A stretch of DNA of 64,000 nt, taken from assembly GCA_964291265.2 (NCBI GenBank), contig OZ219746.1:288001-352000 (forward strand). Reading direction: 5' to 3'. The notes beneath the pieces are model-generated. The model saw only the letters and a list, made by a program, of their open reading frames with translations. It searched no databases and was not told the origin of the DNA. The translations under genes and the position numbers were made by a program. How positions within the stretch are numbered: the stretch's first letter is position 1; each line of letters starts with the position of its first letter. This DNA is from Alphaproteobacteria bacterium. GTDB taxonomy: Bacteria > Pseudomonadota > Alphaproteobacteria > SP197. Of this stretch, positions 48,076 to 59,567 are shown piece after piece.

Positions 48076-50670
48076 ATGGCAACCACGGACGAAGGCCCAC
48101 GCAAGCCAACGCTGAGTCTCGGCGGGCGCAGGCAGGTCGAGCGCAAGACGACCGAAGTCAGCGGCTCCGTACAGCAGAGCTTCAGCCATGGCCGCAAGAA
48201 GAACGTCGCTGTCGTGGTCAAGAAGCGGCGCACCTTGCGTGCCGGCCGCCAGGAGAGCGCCGAATCCAGGCCCGCCACGCCTGCACCGGAGGCAAGCGAG
48301 CCCGCCCGGGAGCAGGAGACCGCAACTCCCGAGAATGAGGACGTCAGCCGGCGGTCGTCCCTGGTTCTGCGGCATCTCAGCCCCGAAGAGCGTGAAAGCC
48401 GTGCGCGTGCCCTTGAACAGGCGCAGAAGGCCGATGAGGAGGCCCGCGTCCTGGCAGGTGAACAGGAGCGTCTGCGGGCCGAGGAGGAGGCGCGACTCAA
48501 GGTCGAACGCGAGGACGCAGAGCGCCGCGCTCGTGAGGAAGCGGAAAGCCGCGAACAGGAGGAAGAGGCCCGTCGGCGGGCCGAGGAACAGGCCAGGCGC
48601 CAACTCGAGAGACAGCGCGACTCGGCCGGACAACGCGAGGGTCCTTCGGCGCCCGGGCCAACCGCACCCGCCTCCGTTGCCGAGGAAGAGAACCGGCGTG
48701 GCAAGCGCGACCAGAAACGTTCCGCCTTGGCTCCGGGCAAGCGCGCCTCCGGCCGACGCCGGAGCGGCAAGCTCACCGTTGCCCAGGCCCTGAACGAGGA
48801 GGATCGCGAGGAGCGGGCGCGCAGCCTCGCGGCGGCAAGGCGGGCCCGCGAAAAACTGCGGCAGCAGCAACTCGAGCGCAGGGCGGTCACGGGGTCGATC
48901 AAGAAGGTCGTGCGCGAGGTTATCGTGCCGGAGGTCATTCTGGTCAGCGAACTGGCCAACCGCATGGCGGTGCGTGGCAGCGAGATCGTCAAGAAGATGA
49001 TGGAAATGGGTCAGATGGTGACCATCAACCAGACCATCGACGCCGACACGGCCGAGGTCGTCGTGGCGGAGTTTGGACATCGGGCGCGGCGTGTCTCGGC
49101 GGCCGATATCGAGGTCGGGCTGAAACAGGATGACGATCCCGACGACTTGAAGCAGGAACGTGCGCCGGTGGTCACGGTCATGGGCCACGTGGATCACGGC
49201 AAGACGTCCCTGCTCGACGCCCTGCGCCGCTCCGACGTGGTGTCCGGCGAGGCCGGAGGCATCACGCAGCATATCGGTGCCTATCAGGTGCGCCTCGATG
49301 GTGGCCAACGGATCACGTTCCTGGATACGCCTGGTCATGCCGCCTTCACGTCCATGCGTGCCCGCGGTGCCAGTGTCACGGACATCGTGGTGCTGGTTGT
49401 GGCTGCCGACGACTCGGTGATGCCGCAGACACGGGAAGCGATTGACCATGCCAGAGCCGCCGAAGTGCCGATCATCGTTGCCATCAACAAGTGCGACCTT
49501 CCCGGCGCCGAACCCGACAGGGTGCGTCAGGACCTGTTGCGCAACAGCCTGGTGGTCGAATCGTTGGGCGGAGACATACTCGATGTCGAGATCTCGGCGC
49601 TGAAGGGCGATGGCCTCGACCGTCTTGAGGAGACCATCCTGCTGCAGGCCGAGGTCCTTGAACTCAAGGCGAACCCGGATCGTGAAGCCGAAGGCGTCGT
49701 TGTCGAGGCCAAGCTCGACAAGGGCCGCGGCCCGGTCTCCACGGTGCTCGTGCAGCGCGGAACGCTTGATGTCGGGGACACGGTCGTGGTCGGCAATGTC
49801 TGGGGCCGCGTCCGCGCTCTGATCGATGACCGGGGCAGCAACGTCAAGAGCGCCGGTCCCGCCCTGCCGGTCGAGATTCTCGGACTGTCGGGAGCGCCGC
49901 TGGCCGGTGACGAGTTTTTTGTCGTGGAGAACGAAAGGCGGGCGCGGGAGGTGGCCGCCTACCGTACGGCACAGGAGCGCCAGAGGAAGATCACTGCCAC
50001 GGGTCGGGGTTCCTTCGATCAGATTCTGGCCGGCATCAAGGCGGGCAAGGCGACCGAACTCCCCATCGTCGTCAAGACGGATGTCCAGGGTTCGGCGGAG
50101 GCCATTGCCGACAGCCTCCAGGCCTTCGGCACCGAGGAAGTCAAGCCCCGCATCCTGTTGTCTGCCGTCGGCGGCATTACCGAAAGCGATGTGACTCTGG
50201 CCAGTGCGTCCAGCGCGGTCATCCTGGGCTTCAACGTGCGGGCCAACAGCCAGGCCCGCCGTCTCGCTGTCCGGGAGGGCGTTGAGATCCTCTATTTCCG
50301 GGTGATCTACGAGCTTCTTGATCAGGTGAGGGACATGCTGGCGGGCCTGCTGAAACCGGCAACGGAGGAGGAGGTCCTCGGTGCCGCCCAGGTTCTGGAA
50401 ACCTTCGACATCTCGGGCGCCGGGACGATCGCCGGCTGCCGCGTGATGGACGGCTACATCCGTGCCAGTGCGCGGGTCAGGTTGCTGCGGGGCGGACGCA
50501 CCATGTTCGATGGTGCGATCCGATCGCTGCGCCATCACAAGGATCAGGTCCGGGAGGTCCGCCAGGGCAGCGAGTGCGGCATCCAGCTTGCCGAGCACCA
50601 GGACATCGAAATCGGTGACGAGATCGAGGCCTATGAGCTGAAGCAGGTTGTCCGAACGCTGGATGCCTGA
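48076..50670 (+). CDS. infB: Translation initiation factor IF-2
   Basis: [35 protein letters not shown]. Confidence 0.98.
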   Translation: MATTDEGPRKPTLSLGGRRQVERKTTEVSGSVQQSFSHGRKKNVAVVVKKRRTLRAGRQESAESRPATPAPEASEPAREQETATPENEDVSRRSSLVLRHLSPEERESRARALEQAQKADEEARVLAGEQERLRAEEEARLKVEREDAERRAREEAESREQEEEARRRAEEQARRQLERQRDSAGQREGPSAPGPTAPASVAEEENRRGKRDQKRSALAPGKRASGRRRSGKLTVAQALNEEDREERARSLAAARRAREKLRQQQLERRAVTGSIKKVVREVIVPEVILVSELANRMAVRGSEIVKKMMEMGQMVTINQTIDADTAEVVVAEFGHRARRVSAADIEVGLKQDDDPDDLKQERAPVVTVMGHVDHGKTSLLDALRRSDVVSGEAGGITQHIGAYQVRLDGGQRITFLDTPGHAAFTSMRARGASVTDIVVLVVAADDSVMPQTREAIDHARAAEVPIIVAINKCDLPGAEPDRVRQDLLRNSLVVESLGGDILDVEISALKGDGLDRLEETILLQAEVLELKANPDREAEGVVVEAKLDKGRGPVSTVLVQRGTLDVGDTVVVGNVWGRVRALIDDRGSNVKSAGPALPVEILGLSGAPLAGDEFFVVENERRAREVAAYRTAQERQRKITATGRGSFDQILAGIKAGKATELPIVVKTDVQGSAEAIADSLQAFGTEEVKPRILLSAVGGITESDVTLASASSAVILGFNVRANSQARRLAVREGVEILYFRVIYELLDQVRDMLAGLLKPATEEEVLGAAQVLETFDISGAGTIAGCRVMDGYIRASARVRLLRGGRTMFDGAIRSLRHHKDQVREVRQGSECGIQLAEHQDIEIGDEIEAYELKQVVRTLDA

Positions 50671-51034
50671 AGTGAAGCAGCGCAACCACCAGCGCCGGTT
50701 GAGAGTGGGCGAGGAGATTCGCCACGTGCTGTCGGACATGTTTGCCCGGGACGAAATTCATGACCCGGCGCTGTTCGGCCGACCGATTACCGTCTCCGAA
50801 GTCCGCATGAGCGCTGATCTCAGACACGCCGCCTGCTACATCATGCCGCTTGGCGGGGAGAATGTCGGCGATGTGGTGGAAGGTTTGCAGCGGGCCACGC
50901 CGTGGTTGCGTGGCGAGGTCTCGCGCCGGGTGCGTCTGCGCGTGGCGCCGGAACTTGTGTTTCACGCGGACCGCGGATTTGACCATGCCCAGCGCATCAG
51001 CACACTGCTTGAGACGCCCGGCGGACCTTCATAG
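50663..51034 (+). CDS. rbfA: Ribosome-binding factor A
   Basis: RLRVGEEIRHVL, VSEVRMSADLRHA, PELVFHAD. Confidence 0.95.
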   Translation: MPEVKQRNHQRRLRVGEEIRHVLSDMFARDEIHDPALFGRPITVSEVRMSADLRHAACYIMPLGGENVGDVVEGLQRATPWLRGEVSRRVRLRVAPELVFHADRGFDHAQRISTLLETPGGPS

Positions 51035-51040
51035 GCCCTC

Positions 51041-51955
51041 ATGAGCCATGGCATTCATGGCTGGCTTGTCTGTGACAAGCCGGCCGGTCTGACATCAAGG
51101 CAGCTGGTGGGACGGGCACGCAGACTGACCGGCGCCGCCCGCCTCGGACACGGTGGCACGCTCGACCCACTGGCCACCGGCATCCTTCCGGTGGCCCTGG
51201 GCGAGGCGACGAAGACCATCGCCTGGTGCCAGGACGCCCTCAAGACCTATCAGGTCACGGCGCGCTGGGGGATCTCGACGACCACCGACGACGCCGAGGG
51301 GGATGTCACCGGAACGTCCCAGGTCCGGCCGTCGGCAGAGGGGATCAGGGCCATCCTCGCGTCCTTTGTCGGTGATGTCAGCCAGACGCCTCCGGTTTTT
51401 TCGGCCGTCAAGGTGGGGGGCAGGCGGGCCTACGCGCTCGCGCGAAAGGACATCATTCCTGACCTGCAACCCCGCCTGGTGAGGATCGAGCGGGTTGCGC
51501 TCGTCGCTCTCGAGGACAGAGACCACGCATCGTTCGAGGTGGTGTGCGGCAAGGGGACCTACATGCGCGCGCTCATCCGGGATCTGGCAGCAAGCCTTGG
51601 CACCCTGGGCCATGTCCATTCCCTGCGCCGCACCCAAGTGGGACCGTTTTCGCTGCCTATGGCGATTTCTGTGGATTCCTGGCTGGAACATGGTAGGAAT
51701 GCACTCGCTTGCGGGGCGATCCATCCCGTGGAGACGGTGCTGGTCGACATCCCGGCGCTTGTCGTCACGACATTGCAGGCACGTCAGCTCAGACACGGGC
51801 AGACGGTCCGGATCGGTCAGACCAGCAAGGGTATCGTTCGCCTCCGGGACGACCACGGGCTTGTCGCGATAGCGAAATCCGACGGGGATCTGGTTCGACC
51901 GGTGCGTGTTTTCAACCATGACGGGACACGAGGTCACGATGTCGATCACAGCTGA
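51041..51955 (+). CDS. truB: tRNA pseudouridine(55) synthase
   Basis: [32 protein letters not shown]. Confidence 0.96.
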   Translation: MSHGIHGWLVCDKPAGLTSRQLVGRARRLTGAARLGHGGTLDPLATGILPVALGEATKTIAWCQDALKTYQVTARWGISTTTDDAEGDVTGTSQVRPSAEGIRAILASFVGDVSQTPPVFSAVKVGGRRAYALARKDIIPDLQPRLVRIERVALVALEDRDHASFEVVCGKGTYMRALIRDLAASLGTLGHVHSLRRTQVGPFSLPMAISVDSWLEHGRNALACGAIHPVETVLVDIPALVVTTLQARQLRHGQTVRIGQTSKGIVRLRDDHGLVAIAKSDGDLVRPVRVFNHDGTRGHDVDHS

Positions 51956-52208
51956 ACGCAAGAGCGAACTGATTCGCCAGCATGGCCGCACCGACGGTGA
52001 TACCGGATCGCCCGAGGTGCAGATTGCCATTCTGACGGAACGCATCACCAATCTTACCGAACACTTCAAGTTCCACCGCAAGGACAAGCACTCCAGGCGG
52101 GGCCTGCTCATGCTGGTCAGCAGGCGACGGGCCCTGCTGGACTACCTGCGTGGCCGGGACGAGAGTCGCTATCGCTCCATTATCGGTAGCCTGGGCCTGC
52201 GCCGCTGA
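51939..52208 (+). CDS. rpsO: 30S ribosomal protein S15
   Basis: [29 protein letters not shown]. Confidence 0.98.
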   Translation: MSITAERKSELIRQHGRTDGDTGSPEVQIAILTERITNLTEHFKFHRKDKHSRRGLLMLVSRRRALLDYLRGRDESRYRSIIGSLGLRR

Positions 52209-52381
52209 CACCTGCGGCGAGGCACGGCGGAAGCGCACGTCGTCAGGTGAGGCTCCTCCAGGGGAGCGCCTGGCTGGGACTGTCATGACCGGTTCGTCGC
52301 TGAATCCGGATCATGCCGGGGAATCTTCATATCACAATGGGCGGAGTGCGCTGATTCCGCCAATGTCGAGGGACAACATGC

Positions 52382-54565
52382 ATGTTTGACATTCACACGA
52401 AAGAAATCGTCTGGGGCGGCCGGACGCTGACGCTGGAAACCGGGCGTATCGCCCGCCAGGCGGACGGGGCTGTGCTCGCGACCTATGGCGCCACCACGGT
52501 GTTGTGCACGGTTGTGGCACAAAGGCAGCCACGAGAGGGCGTGGATTTCTTCCCGCTCACCGTGAACTACCAGGAAAAGGCGTTCGCGGCCGGCAAGATT
52601 CCCGGCGGGTTCTTCAAACGCGAAGGCCGGCCGAGCGAGAAGGAAACCCTGTCGTCACGCATTATCGACCGGTCGATCCGGCCGCTCTTCGCCTCCGGAT
52701 TCCGCAACGAGACCCAGGTCATCTGTACCGTGCTTGCCCATGACCTCGAGAATGACCCGGACGTCATTGCCTTGGTCGGATCCTCCGCCGCGCTGGCCAT
52801 ATCGGGCATCCCGTTCAACGGCCCCGTTGGCTGCGCCAGGGTCGGCTTCATTGACGGCGGCTATGTCCTCAACCCGTTGCTCAGGCAGATGGACGAGTCC
52901 CGCCTCGACCTCGTGGTTGCCGGACGTTCGGATGCCGTCATGATGGTGGAGTCGGAGGCGCGGGAGCTGAGCGAGGATGAAATGCTCGGTGCCGTGATGT
53001 TCGCCCAGCAGGAATTCCAGCCGGTGATTGACGGCATCAGTGACCTCGCCGCAACCTGCGGTCGGGATCCTTGGCGCGTGCCGGAGCCCGAGGATACGGG
53101 CGATCTCGAGCGCGCGGTGCGGGACCTCATCGGTGACGAACTCGCCGATGCCTACCGGGAGGCCGACAAGCAACGCCGCCAGGAAAGTCTTCAGGCGGCC
53201 AGAAACACCGCGAGTGAGCGGTTCGCCAAGGACGAGTCGGTGACCGATGACACCCTGGCCGGTGTTCTCAAGTCTCTCGAAAAGGCGACGATGCGCGATG
53301 CAACCCTGACGTCAGGCGTGCGTGTCGATGGCCGGCAGACCGACGCGGTCCGTCCGATTTCATCACAGGTCGGCGTTCTTGAGCGCTCCCATGGTTCGTC
53401 GCTTTTCACCAGGGGCGAGACCCAGGCTCTTGTCACCGTGACACTGGGAACGGGACAGGACGAGCAGATCATGGATGCCCTTGCAGGTGAGTACCGCGAG
53501 CATTTCATGCTGCACTACAACTTCCCGCCCTACTCAGTGGGTGAGGCGAGTTTCCTGCGTTCTCCCGGCCGCCGTGAGATCGGTCACGGCAAGCTGGCCT
53601 GGCGGGCCATTCACCCGCTGTTGCCGGAAAAGGAGAAATTCCCCTACACCATCAGGGTGGTCTCGGAGATCACCGAGTCGAACGGCTCTTCGTCGATGGC
53701 GACGGTGTGCGGCAGTTCACTGGCCCTGATGGATGCCGGTGTGCCGCTGGCGCGTCCCTGTGCGGGTATCGCCATGGGTCTCATCAAGGACAACGACCGG
53801 TTTGTCGTTCTCTCGGACATTCTGGGAGACGAGGACCATCTGGGTGACATGGACTTCAAGGTGGCGGGTACCGGACACGGCGTCACAAGTCTGCAGATGG
53901 ACATCAAGATCGCCGGCATCACCCGGGAGATCATGTCTGTCGCCCTCGCACAAGCACGGGAAGGTCGGCTTCACATTCTGGGTGAAATGGCAAGGGCGAT
54001 TGGCGCGACGCGTGACACGCTGTCGGATTTCGCACCGCGCATCACGACGATCAAGGTTCCTTCCGACAGGATTCGCGACATCATCGGGCCCGGTGGCAAG
54101 GTCATCCGGGAGATCACGGAGGTCAGCGGAACCAAGATCGATGTCGAGGATGACGGAACCGTCAAGATTGCCTCCTCGGACCCGTCGGCAACCGACACGG
54201 CCCTGACGATGATCAAGGACATCGTGGCCGAACCGGAGGTCGGGGTGGTCTATGAGGGAACCGTGGTCAAGTGCCTTGATTTCGGCGCCTTCGTCAACTT
54301 CATCGGCAAGCGGGACGGTCTCGTGCACATATCCGAACTGGCGCAGGGCCGCGTGGCCACCGTCGGTGACGTGGTCAAGGAAGGCGACAGCGTGAAGGTC
54401 AAGGTTCTGGGGATCGATGATCGCGGCAAGGTGAAACTCTCCATGAGGCTGGTCGACCAGGAGACCGGCGAGGACATCACGGAGCAGGTCGGCGAGCGCG
54501 AGAAGCCAAGGCGGCGTGAACGCAGGGATGACGGGCGCAAGCCCCGTCGGTCGCATCACGACTGA
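52382..54565 (+). CDS. pnp: Polyribonucleotide nucleotidyltransferase
   Basis: [44 protein letters not shown] and S1 domains. Confidence 0.98.
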   Translation: MFDIHTKEIVWGGRTLTLETGRIARQADGAVLATYGATTVLCTVVAQRQPREGVDFFPLTVNYQEKAFAAGKIPGGFFKREGRPSEKETLSSRIIDRSIRPLFASGFRNETQVICTVLAHDLENDPDVIALVGSSAALAISGIPFNGPVGCARVGFIDGGYVLNPLLRQMDESRLDLVVAGRSDAVMMVESEARELSEDEMLGAVMFAQQEFQPVIDGISDLAATCGRDPWRVPEPEDTGDLERAVRDLIGDELADAYREADKQRRQESLQAARNTASERFAKDESVTDDTLAGVLKSLEKATMRDATLTSGVRVDGRQTDAVRPISSQVGVLERSHGSSLFTRGETQALVTVTLGTGQDEQIMDALAGEYREHFMLHYNFPPYSVGEASFLRSPGRREIGHGKLAWRAIHPLLPEKEKFPYTIRVVSEITESNGSSSMATVCGSSLALMDAGVPLARPCAGIAMGLIKDNDRFVVLSDILGDEDHLGDMDFKVAGTGHGVTSLQMDIKIAGITREIMSVALAQAREGRLHILGEMARAIGATRDTLSDFAPRITTIKVPSDRIRDIIGPGGKVIREITEVSGTKIDVEDDGTVKIASSDPSATDTALTMIKDIVAEPEVGVVYEGTVVKCLDFGAFVNFIGKRDGLVHISELAQGRVATVGDVVKEGDSVKVKVLGIDDRGKVKLSMRLVDQETGEDITEQVGEREKPRRRERRDDGRKPRRSHHD

Positions 54566-54637
54566 ACGTGCCGCCGGATGATCAGGCACGATACACGATG
54601 GCATGGTGGCGTGCCTTAGCCAGGGGAGACCGGGTGG

Positions 54638-56035
54638 GTGAAGTTGCTGAACGCCATACGCATCTCGGGACGCGACGTTCTGCCCCTTGTCGAAGGCGGC
54701 AAGGGGATTTCGATCTCGAATGGCGAGAGTTCAGGTGCCTGGGCGAACTGCGGTGGTGTCGGCACTTTTTCCGGAGTCAACGCCGATCATCGCAACGAGA
54801 GCGGCGAACTGATCCCCCAGGTCTACAGGGGGCGAAGCCGCAAGGAGCGGCATGAGGAACTGGTGGCGTTCGGAATCAAGGGCGGTATTCACCAGGCACA
54901 GGTGGCGCACGAACTGGCCGACGGCGAGGGCGTCATCCATGTCAATGTCCTGTGGGAGATGGGAGGTTGCGAGAGGGTCCTGCATGGCGTCCTCGATGGT
55001 GCGAAGGGATTGGTCCATGGCGTCACATGCGGTGCCGGCATGCCCTACAGAATGGCCCAGATATGTTCGGAGTACGGTGTCTACTACTACCCGATCACCA
55101 GCTCTGCCCGAGCCTTCAATATTCTGTGGAAACGCGCCTATCATCGTTTTCCGGAACTCCTCGGGGGCGTCGTCTACGAGGATCCGTGGCGTGCCGGCGG
55201 GCACAATGGTCTCTCGAATGTCGAGGATCCGGAAGTTCCGGAAGACCCCTATCCGCGGGTTGTCGCATTGCGCAGGGTGATGCGGGGTGTCGGTCTTGAC
55301 GACACCCCCATCTTCATGGCCGGAGGTGTGTGGCGCGTCGACGAGTGGCTCGACTGGCTTGACAACCCTGAACTCGGCCCCATTGCCTTCCAGTTCGGAA
55401 CACGACCGCTGCTGACCGAGGAAAGCCCGATCTCGGATACATGGAAGCGGCGGTTGCTCACGCTGCGCAAGGGCGAGATCAGTCTCAACCGGTTCAGTCC
55501 GACCGGCTTCTATTCCTCTGCCGTGGAGAACAGCTTCCTTCTCGAGCTCAAGACACGCAATCGACGCCAGGTCGTCTATGCAACCGAACCCGTCGGTGAC
55601 CATGTGGTCGAGTTCGCCTTCGGCCCCCGGGGCCGCCTCGTCTACCTCACGGAGCCCGATCTCAAGGAGGTTCGTCAATGGGTCGCGGCAGGGTTCAGCG
55701 AACCCCTCAAGACTCCCGATTCCACCCTGGTGTTTGTCACGCCCGAGAAATCCCGGCAGATCCGCAACGACCAGATCGAGTGCATGGGCTGCCTGAGCCA
55801 GTGCCGGTTCTCGAACTGGAAGTGCAGTGACACCGGGACCACTGGCCGCAAGCCCGACCCTCGCAGCTACTGCATCCAGAAGACCCTGCAGGTCATCAGC
55901 CATTCCGACGACATCGAAACCCAGCTCATGTTCGCCGGCCACAACGCCTACCGATTTGCCAATGATCCCTGGTACTCCGACGGCTTCATTCCCACCGTGG
56001 CACAACTGATGGACCGCCTTCAGACAGGCCAGTAG
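54638..56035 (+). CDS. Nitronate monooxygenase/2-nitropropane dioxygenase-like flavin oxidoreductase
   Basis: EGGKG, GAGMP, AGGHNG, FQFGT, SPTG; C-terminal CMGCLSQC..YCI. Confidence 0.85.
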   Translation: MKLLNAIRISGRDVLPLVEGGKGISISNGESSGAWANCGGVGTFSGVNADHRNESGELIPQVYRGRSRKERHEELVAFGIKGGIHQAQVAHELADGEGVIHVNVLWEMGGCERVLHGVLDGAKGLVHGVTCGAGMPYRMAQICSEYGVYYYPITSSARAFNILWKRAYHRFPELLGGVVYEDPWRAGGHNGLSNVEDPEVPEDPYPRVVALRRVMRGVGLDDTPIFMAGGVWRVDEWLDWLDNPELGPIAFQFGTRPLLTEESPISDTWKRRLLTLRKGEISLNRFSPTGFYSSAVENSFLLELKTRNRRQVVYATEPVGDHVVEFAFGPRGRLVYLTEPDLKEVRQWVAAGFSEPLKTPDSTLVFVTPEKSRQIRNDQIECMGCLSQCRFSNWKCSDTGTTGRKPDPRSYCIQKTLQVISHSDDIETQLMFAGHNAYRFANDPWYSDGFIPTVAQLMDRLQTGQ

Positions 56036-56093
56036 GACGGCGCGGCCGGGCCAACGTGGAGTCTCGAGATGACCGGCACTACAGGGGGTTGTC

Positions 56094-56504
56094 ATGCGCC
56101 TCGACGATGATCACATCGCTGCTCTGCTGACCTCAAGAGGACTGCAGCTGACGCGTCAGAGACGTCAACTCGCCGAACTCCTCTTCAGGGGAGGCGACCG
56201 CCACGTGACGGCGGAGATGCTCGGACGGGAAGCGAAGCTGAACGGCATCCGGGTGTCTCTGGCAACCGTCTACAACACGTTGCACCAGTTCACCAGGGCA
56301 GGTTTGCTGCGCCGCATCAATGTCGACCCCGCGAGGACCTGGTTCGACACGAACACGACCTTCCACCATCACTTCTTCAACACCAGGAGTCTGGAGCTCA
56401 CCGACATTCCCGAGGACCGGGTCAGCGTCGACGTGTTGTCGGCGCCCCCGAACGGCACCACCATTGACCACATCGACGTGGTGGTCCGGGTCACTCCACG
56501 ATGA
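56094..56504 (+). CDS. irr: Iron response regulator Irr (Fur family)
   Basis: TRQR, DRHVTAE, SLATVYNTLHQF, FDTN..HHHF. Confidence 0.88.
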   Translation: MRLDDDHIAALLTSRGLQLTRQRRQLAELLFRGGDRHVTAEMLGREAKLNGIRVSLATVYNTLHQFTRAGLLRRINVDPARTWFDTNTTFHHHFFNTRSLELTDIPEDRVSVDVLSAPPNGTTIDHIDVVVRVTPR

Positions 56505-56511
56505 CGGCCGT

Positions 56512-56541
56512 TTGACAGGTTGGAATGATTCCAGATAGTTT
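56512..56541 (+). promoter_or_regulatory. Rubrerythrin promoter with iron control element (ICE)
   Basis: TTGACA (56512-56517)-N18-TAGTTT; spacer holds GTTGGAATGATTCCAGA (56519-56535), 15/17 match to ICE consensus TTTRGAAYNRTTCYAAA. Confidence 0.75.
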
Positions 56542-56619
56542 GTTCCCGGAGCGGCTGGCCGCTCCTTGTCAACAGCACCCCAGGGGCCCGCAGGGCCACA
56601 GAATTCCGAGGAGAGAATC

Positions 56620-57039
56620 ATGTCACTTGGCGGCACCAGGACCGAACAGAATCTGAAAGATGCCTTCGCCGGCGAGAGCCAGGCGAACCGCCGTTACCTT
56701 TACTTCGCCCAGAAGGCGGACATCGAAGGCTACAACGATGTGGCGGCCGTCTTCCGTTCAACGGCGGAAGGCGAGACCGGGCATGCCCATGGCCACCTCG
56801 AGTTCCTCGAGGAGACCGGTGATCCTGCAACCGGCGAACCGATCGGCTCCACCGACCGCAATCTCAAGGCGGCGATCGCCGGAGAGACCCACGAGTACAC
56901 GGACATGTATCCCGGCATGGCCAGGACAGCCCGCGACGAGGGATTCGACGAGATCGCAGACTGGTTCGAGACCCTCGCCAAGGCCGAGAAGAGTCACGCA
57001 GGGCGTTTCCAGAAGGCATTCGACACGCTCAACGACTGA
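56620..57039 (+). CDS. Rubrerythrin (short aerobic type, no rubredoxin domain)
   Basis: [31 protein letters not shown]. Confidence 0.95.
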   Translation: MSLGGTRTEQNLKDAFAGESQANRRYLYFAQKADIEGYNDVAAVFRSTAEGETGHAHGHLEFLEETGDPATGEPIGSTDRNLKAAIAGETHEYTDMYPGMARTARDEGFDEIADWFETLAKAEKSHAGRFQKAFDTLND

Positions 57040-57049
57040 TCCGGAACCG

Positions 57050-57103
57050 GGACGGGAGCTTGCCTGCGGCAGTTGTCCCGCCGCAGGCGAGCCTTTCCTG
57101 TCC
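57050..57103 (+). terminator. Long stem-loop after rubrerythrin (attenuator or mRNA stabiliser)
   Basis: GCTTGCCTGCGGC (57058-57070) pairs with GCCGCAGGCGAGC (57080-57092) with one G-U; outer GGACGGGAG/TTTCCTGTCC pairing; weak U tract. Confidence 0.5.
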
Positions 57104-57115
57104 GGACTGTGACCC

Positions 57116-58480
57116 ATGCGAGAAGGCAGTCTCGATGCGCCCACGCGCCACACCGTGGACTGGCGCCATCCCGATTTCGTCGATGCCGGGAGCATTGACG
57201 CCGAGTTGCGGCGTGTCTTCGACATCTGTCACGGATGCCGCAGATGTTTCAACCTGTGCGATGCCTTCCCCCGCCTCTTCGATCTCATCGACGCCTCGCC
57301 AACCGGTGAACTCGAGTCCGTGGACAGCGTTGCGTTCCCGTCTGTCACGGATGCCTGCACGTTCTGCGACATGTGTTTCATGACCAAGTGTCCCTACGTG
57401 CCGCCCCACGAATTCGATCTCGACTTTCCCCATCTCATGCTCCGCGTCAGGGCAGCCGAATTTAGCCGTGGCGAACGCAGCTTCATGGACCGGCGGATCG
57501 CGGACACCGACACCAACGGTCGTCTGGGAACGACCTTCTCGCCCCTCGCCAACTGGGCACTCGCCGGGAAGAACCGTCTGACCCGCTCCCTGATGCAGTC
57601 GGCTTGCGGGATTCATGCCGAGGCCGAACTCCCCCGGTTCAATGCGCGGAGCCTGGTTGCCATTGCTGCCCGGGGGCCTCTCGACGTCAACCGCGAGGCC
57701 CCGGCCTATCCTCGCAAGGCGGTCATCTATGCCACCTGTTTTTCCAACTGGAACGACGCAGGGATCGGTGACGCATTCCGGCGTATCCTGGCCCACAACG
57801 GCATCGAGACCGCGGTGGTCCATCCGGGTTGCTGCGGCATGCCGAAACTGGAACTCGGTGATCTTGCGGACGTGGCAAGGCGCGCCCGGCGCGTATCCGG
57901 GGAATTGCTGGGTTGGCACGAGGACGGGTGGGATATCGTCTCCCTTGTGCCCTCGTGTTCGCTGATGATGAAGTTCGAATGGCCGTTGATCGCCCCGGAC
58001 GATGGGTCCGTCACCCGCCTGGCTTCGGTGGCTCGGGATGCCAGCGAGTACATTGTCCAGATTGCCCGGTCCGAGGGTCTCGCCGAAGGCCTCGAACCGA
58101 TCGACGGGCCGGTGACCCTCCATGTTGCCTGCCACGCGCGGGCCCAGAACATGGGGGCGAAGGCGGCAGAGATGCTGCGTCTGATTCCCGATACGGCCGT
58201 CAACGTCATCGAGAGGTGTTCGGGGCACGGCGGAACCTGGGGGGTGCGGACCGGCACCTTCGAAACCGGCATGAAGGTTGGAAGGAACGTCATGCGCAAC
58301 GCTGCCAGGCACGATCCCTCGGGCGCCGGGGTGATCGTTTCGGAGTGCCCGCTGGCCGGTCCCCACATTGCTCAGGGGATCGCCCGCATGGAGGGTCGCG
58401 AGGCCCCGGCGCCTCAAACGTGCCATCCGGTGCAGCTGATGGCCCGTGCCTGGGGCCTCGATGGAGAACGTGCAGGATGA
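57116..58480 (+). CDS. Rubrerythrin-associated Fe-S oxidoreductase (GlpC/HdrD-like)
   Basis: CHGCRRCFNLC, CTFCDMCFMTKCP, CCG, CSG, ECP. Confidence 0.88.
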   Translation: MREGSLDAPTRHTVDWRHPDFVDAGSIDAELRRVFDICHGCRRCFNLCDAFPRLFDLIDASPTGELESVDSVAFPSVTDACTFCDMCFMTKCPYVPPHEFDLDFPHLMLRVRAAEFSRGERSFMDRRIADTDTNGRLGTTFSPLANWALAGKNRLTRSLMQSACGIHAEAELPRFNARSLVAIAARGPLDVNREAPAYPRKAVIYATCFSNWNDAGIGDAFRRILAHNGIETAVVHPGCCGMPKLELGDLADVARRARRVSGELLGWHEDGWDIVSLVPSCSLMMKFEWPLIAPDDGSVTRLASVARDASEYIVQIARSEGLAEGLEPIDGPVTLHVACHARAQNMGAKAAEMLRLIPDTAVNVIERCSGHGGTWGVRTGTFETGMKVGRNVMRNAARHDPSGAGVIVSECPLAGPHIAQGIARMEGREAPAPQTCHPVQLMARAWGLDGERAG

Positions 58481-59055
58481 AGCTTCACCGCGAGGACATC
58501 ATCGCGCCTGCCGATTACGCAGGGGCGCGCGAGGAACATCGGGCCCGCATCCGCGAGATCAAGCGGCACCGGCGCATCGAGGTTGGTCCCTTCGTCACCT
58601 TTTTTTTCGAGAACCGCCAGACGATGTGGCACCAGATCCATGAAATGCTGCACATCGAAAAGGGTGGCGAGGAACAGATTGCCGACGAGCTCGACGCCTA
58701 CAACCCGCTTGTTCCCGAAGGTCGTGATCTGCGCTCGACGATGATGATCGAAATGGACGACCCGATACGGCGCAACACGGTCCTGCGCCGTCTGGGGTGG
58801 ATTGACGAGACGGTGTCGTTCCGGGTCGGTGACCGGTCGATCCTTGCAGAACCCCTTCAGGACACCGAACGCAACACGCCGGACGGCAAGACGAGCAGTA
58901 TCCACTTCCTGGTGTTTCGCTTCGATGACGAAACCGTCGCCATGTTCCGTGACCCCGGAGTCCGCGTGGCCCTTGATGTCGGCCACGAGCACTATGGCCA
59001 CCAGGCGATACTCCCGCCGCGGACCCGCGAATCCCTCGCCGGCGACTTTTCCTGA
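58477..59055 (+). CDS. DUF3501 family protein
   Basis: KRHRRIEVGP, FEN, QIHEMLHIE, ELDAYNPLVP, SSIHFL; ATGA overlap; third gene of the known rbr-RFO-DUF3501 cluster. Confidence 0.87.
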   Translation: MKLHREDIIAPADYAGAREEHRARIREIKRHRRIEVGPFVTFFFENRQTMWHQIHEMLHIEKGGEEQIADELDAYNPLVPEGRDLRSTMMIEMDDPIRRNTVLRRLGWIDETVSFRVGDRSILAEPLQDTERNTPDGKTSSIHFLVFRFDDETVAMFRDPGVRVALDVGHEHYGHQAILPPRTRESLAGDFS

Positions 59056-59349
59056 AGCAGGCCGTGGCGCGCTCAACGTCTCCGTCCGAGCACCGTTCCC
59101 GTCAAGTCGAAATCGGTGCTCCCCGCGGCGAGGTGACCGGTCATCGCCATGCGCCCGGCAAACCGGAATTCGTCAGCATCCAGGTTGTCGTCTTCGACCG
59201 ACAGGGTTGCCGAGATGGGACTCCCTGCGCTCGTGACAGTCAATTGCCGACGTTGCGCAGCTCGGCGCCGTCGATCCACGACACCTGCTCCTCCTTGGTC
59301 GAAAACCGTTCAGTAACGGTGCAATCGAGGTCGCCGCGGGACTCGTTGC

Positions 59350-59567
59350 CGACGACCCAGGCCCAGGTGCGGACCGAGGTGGTGTGGTTCAACTTTGCTC
59401 CCGACCGGGTGCACTGGTCGCGCTACGCGGGGCGGAACTTCACCGCCCGCCAGTGCATCAAGCGCAAGGCGGCCAACTGGGGGCGGCGCTACGAGGCCAT
59501 GCCGCCGGGGGAACGTCTGGCCGTGCTGGCGGCGATCATGGCCGTCGAGGCCGGGGAGGGTTCGTGA
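59350..59567 (+). pseudogene. C-terminal remnant of a probable DNA adenine methyltransferase-like gene
   Basis: VRTEVVWFNF.PDRVHW..YAGRNFT.RQ.IKRKAANW..RY..MPPGERLAVL, recalled as the C-terminus of mobile-element DNA adenine methylases; N-terminus absent. Confidence 0.5.

Noticed and set aside
48400-48880. Repetitive GAG/CGC-rich sequence
   Set aside because: Encodes the normal charged (E/R/A) linker of IF-2, not a repeat array.
45861-50739. Very long minus-strand ORFs (1043 aa and 1114 aa)
   Set aside because: Antisense shadows of nusA-ylxR-infB caused by GC-rich codon bias; no recognisable motifs.
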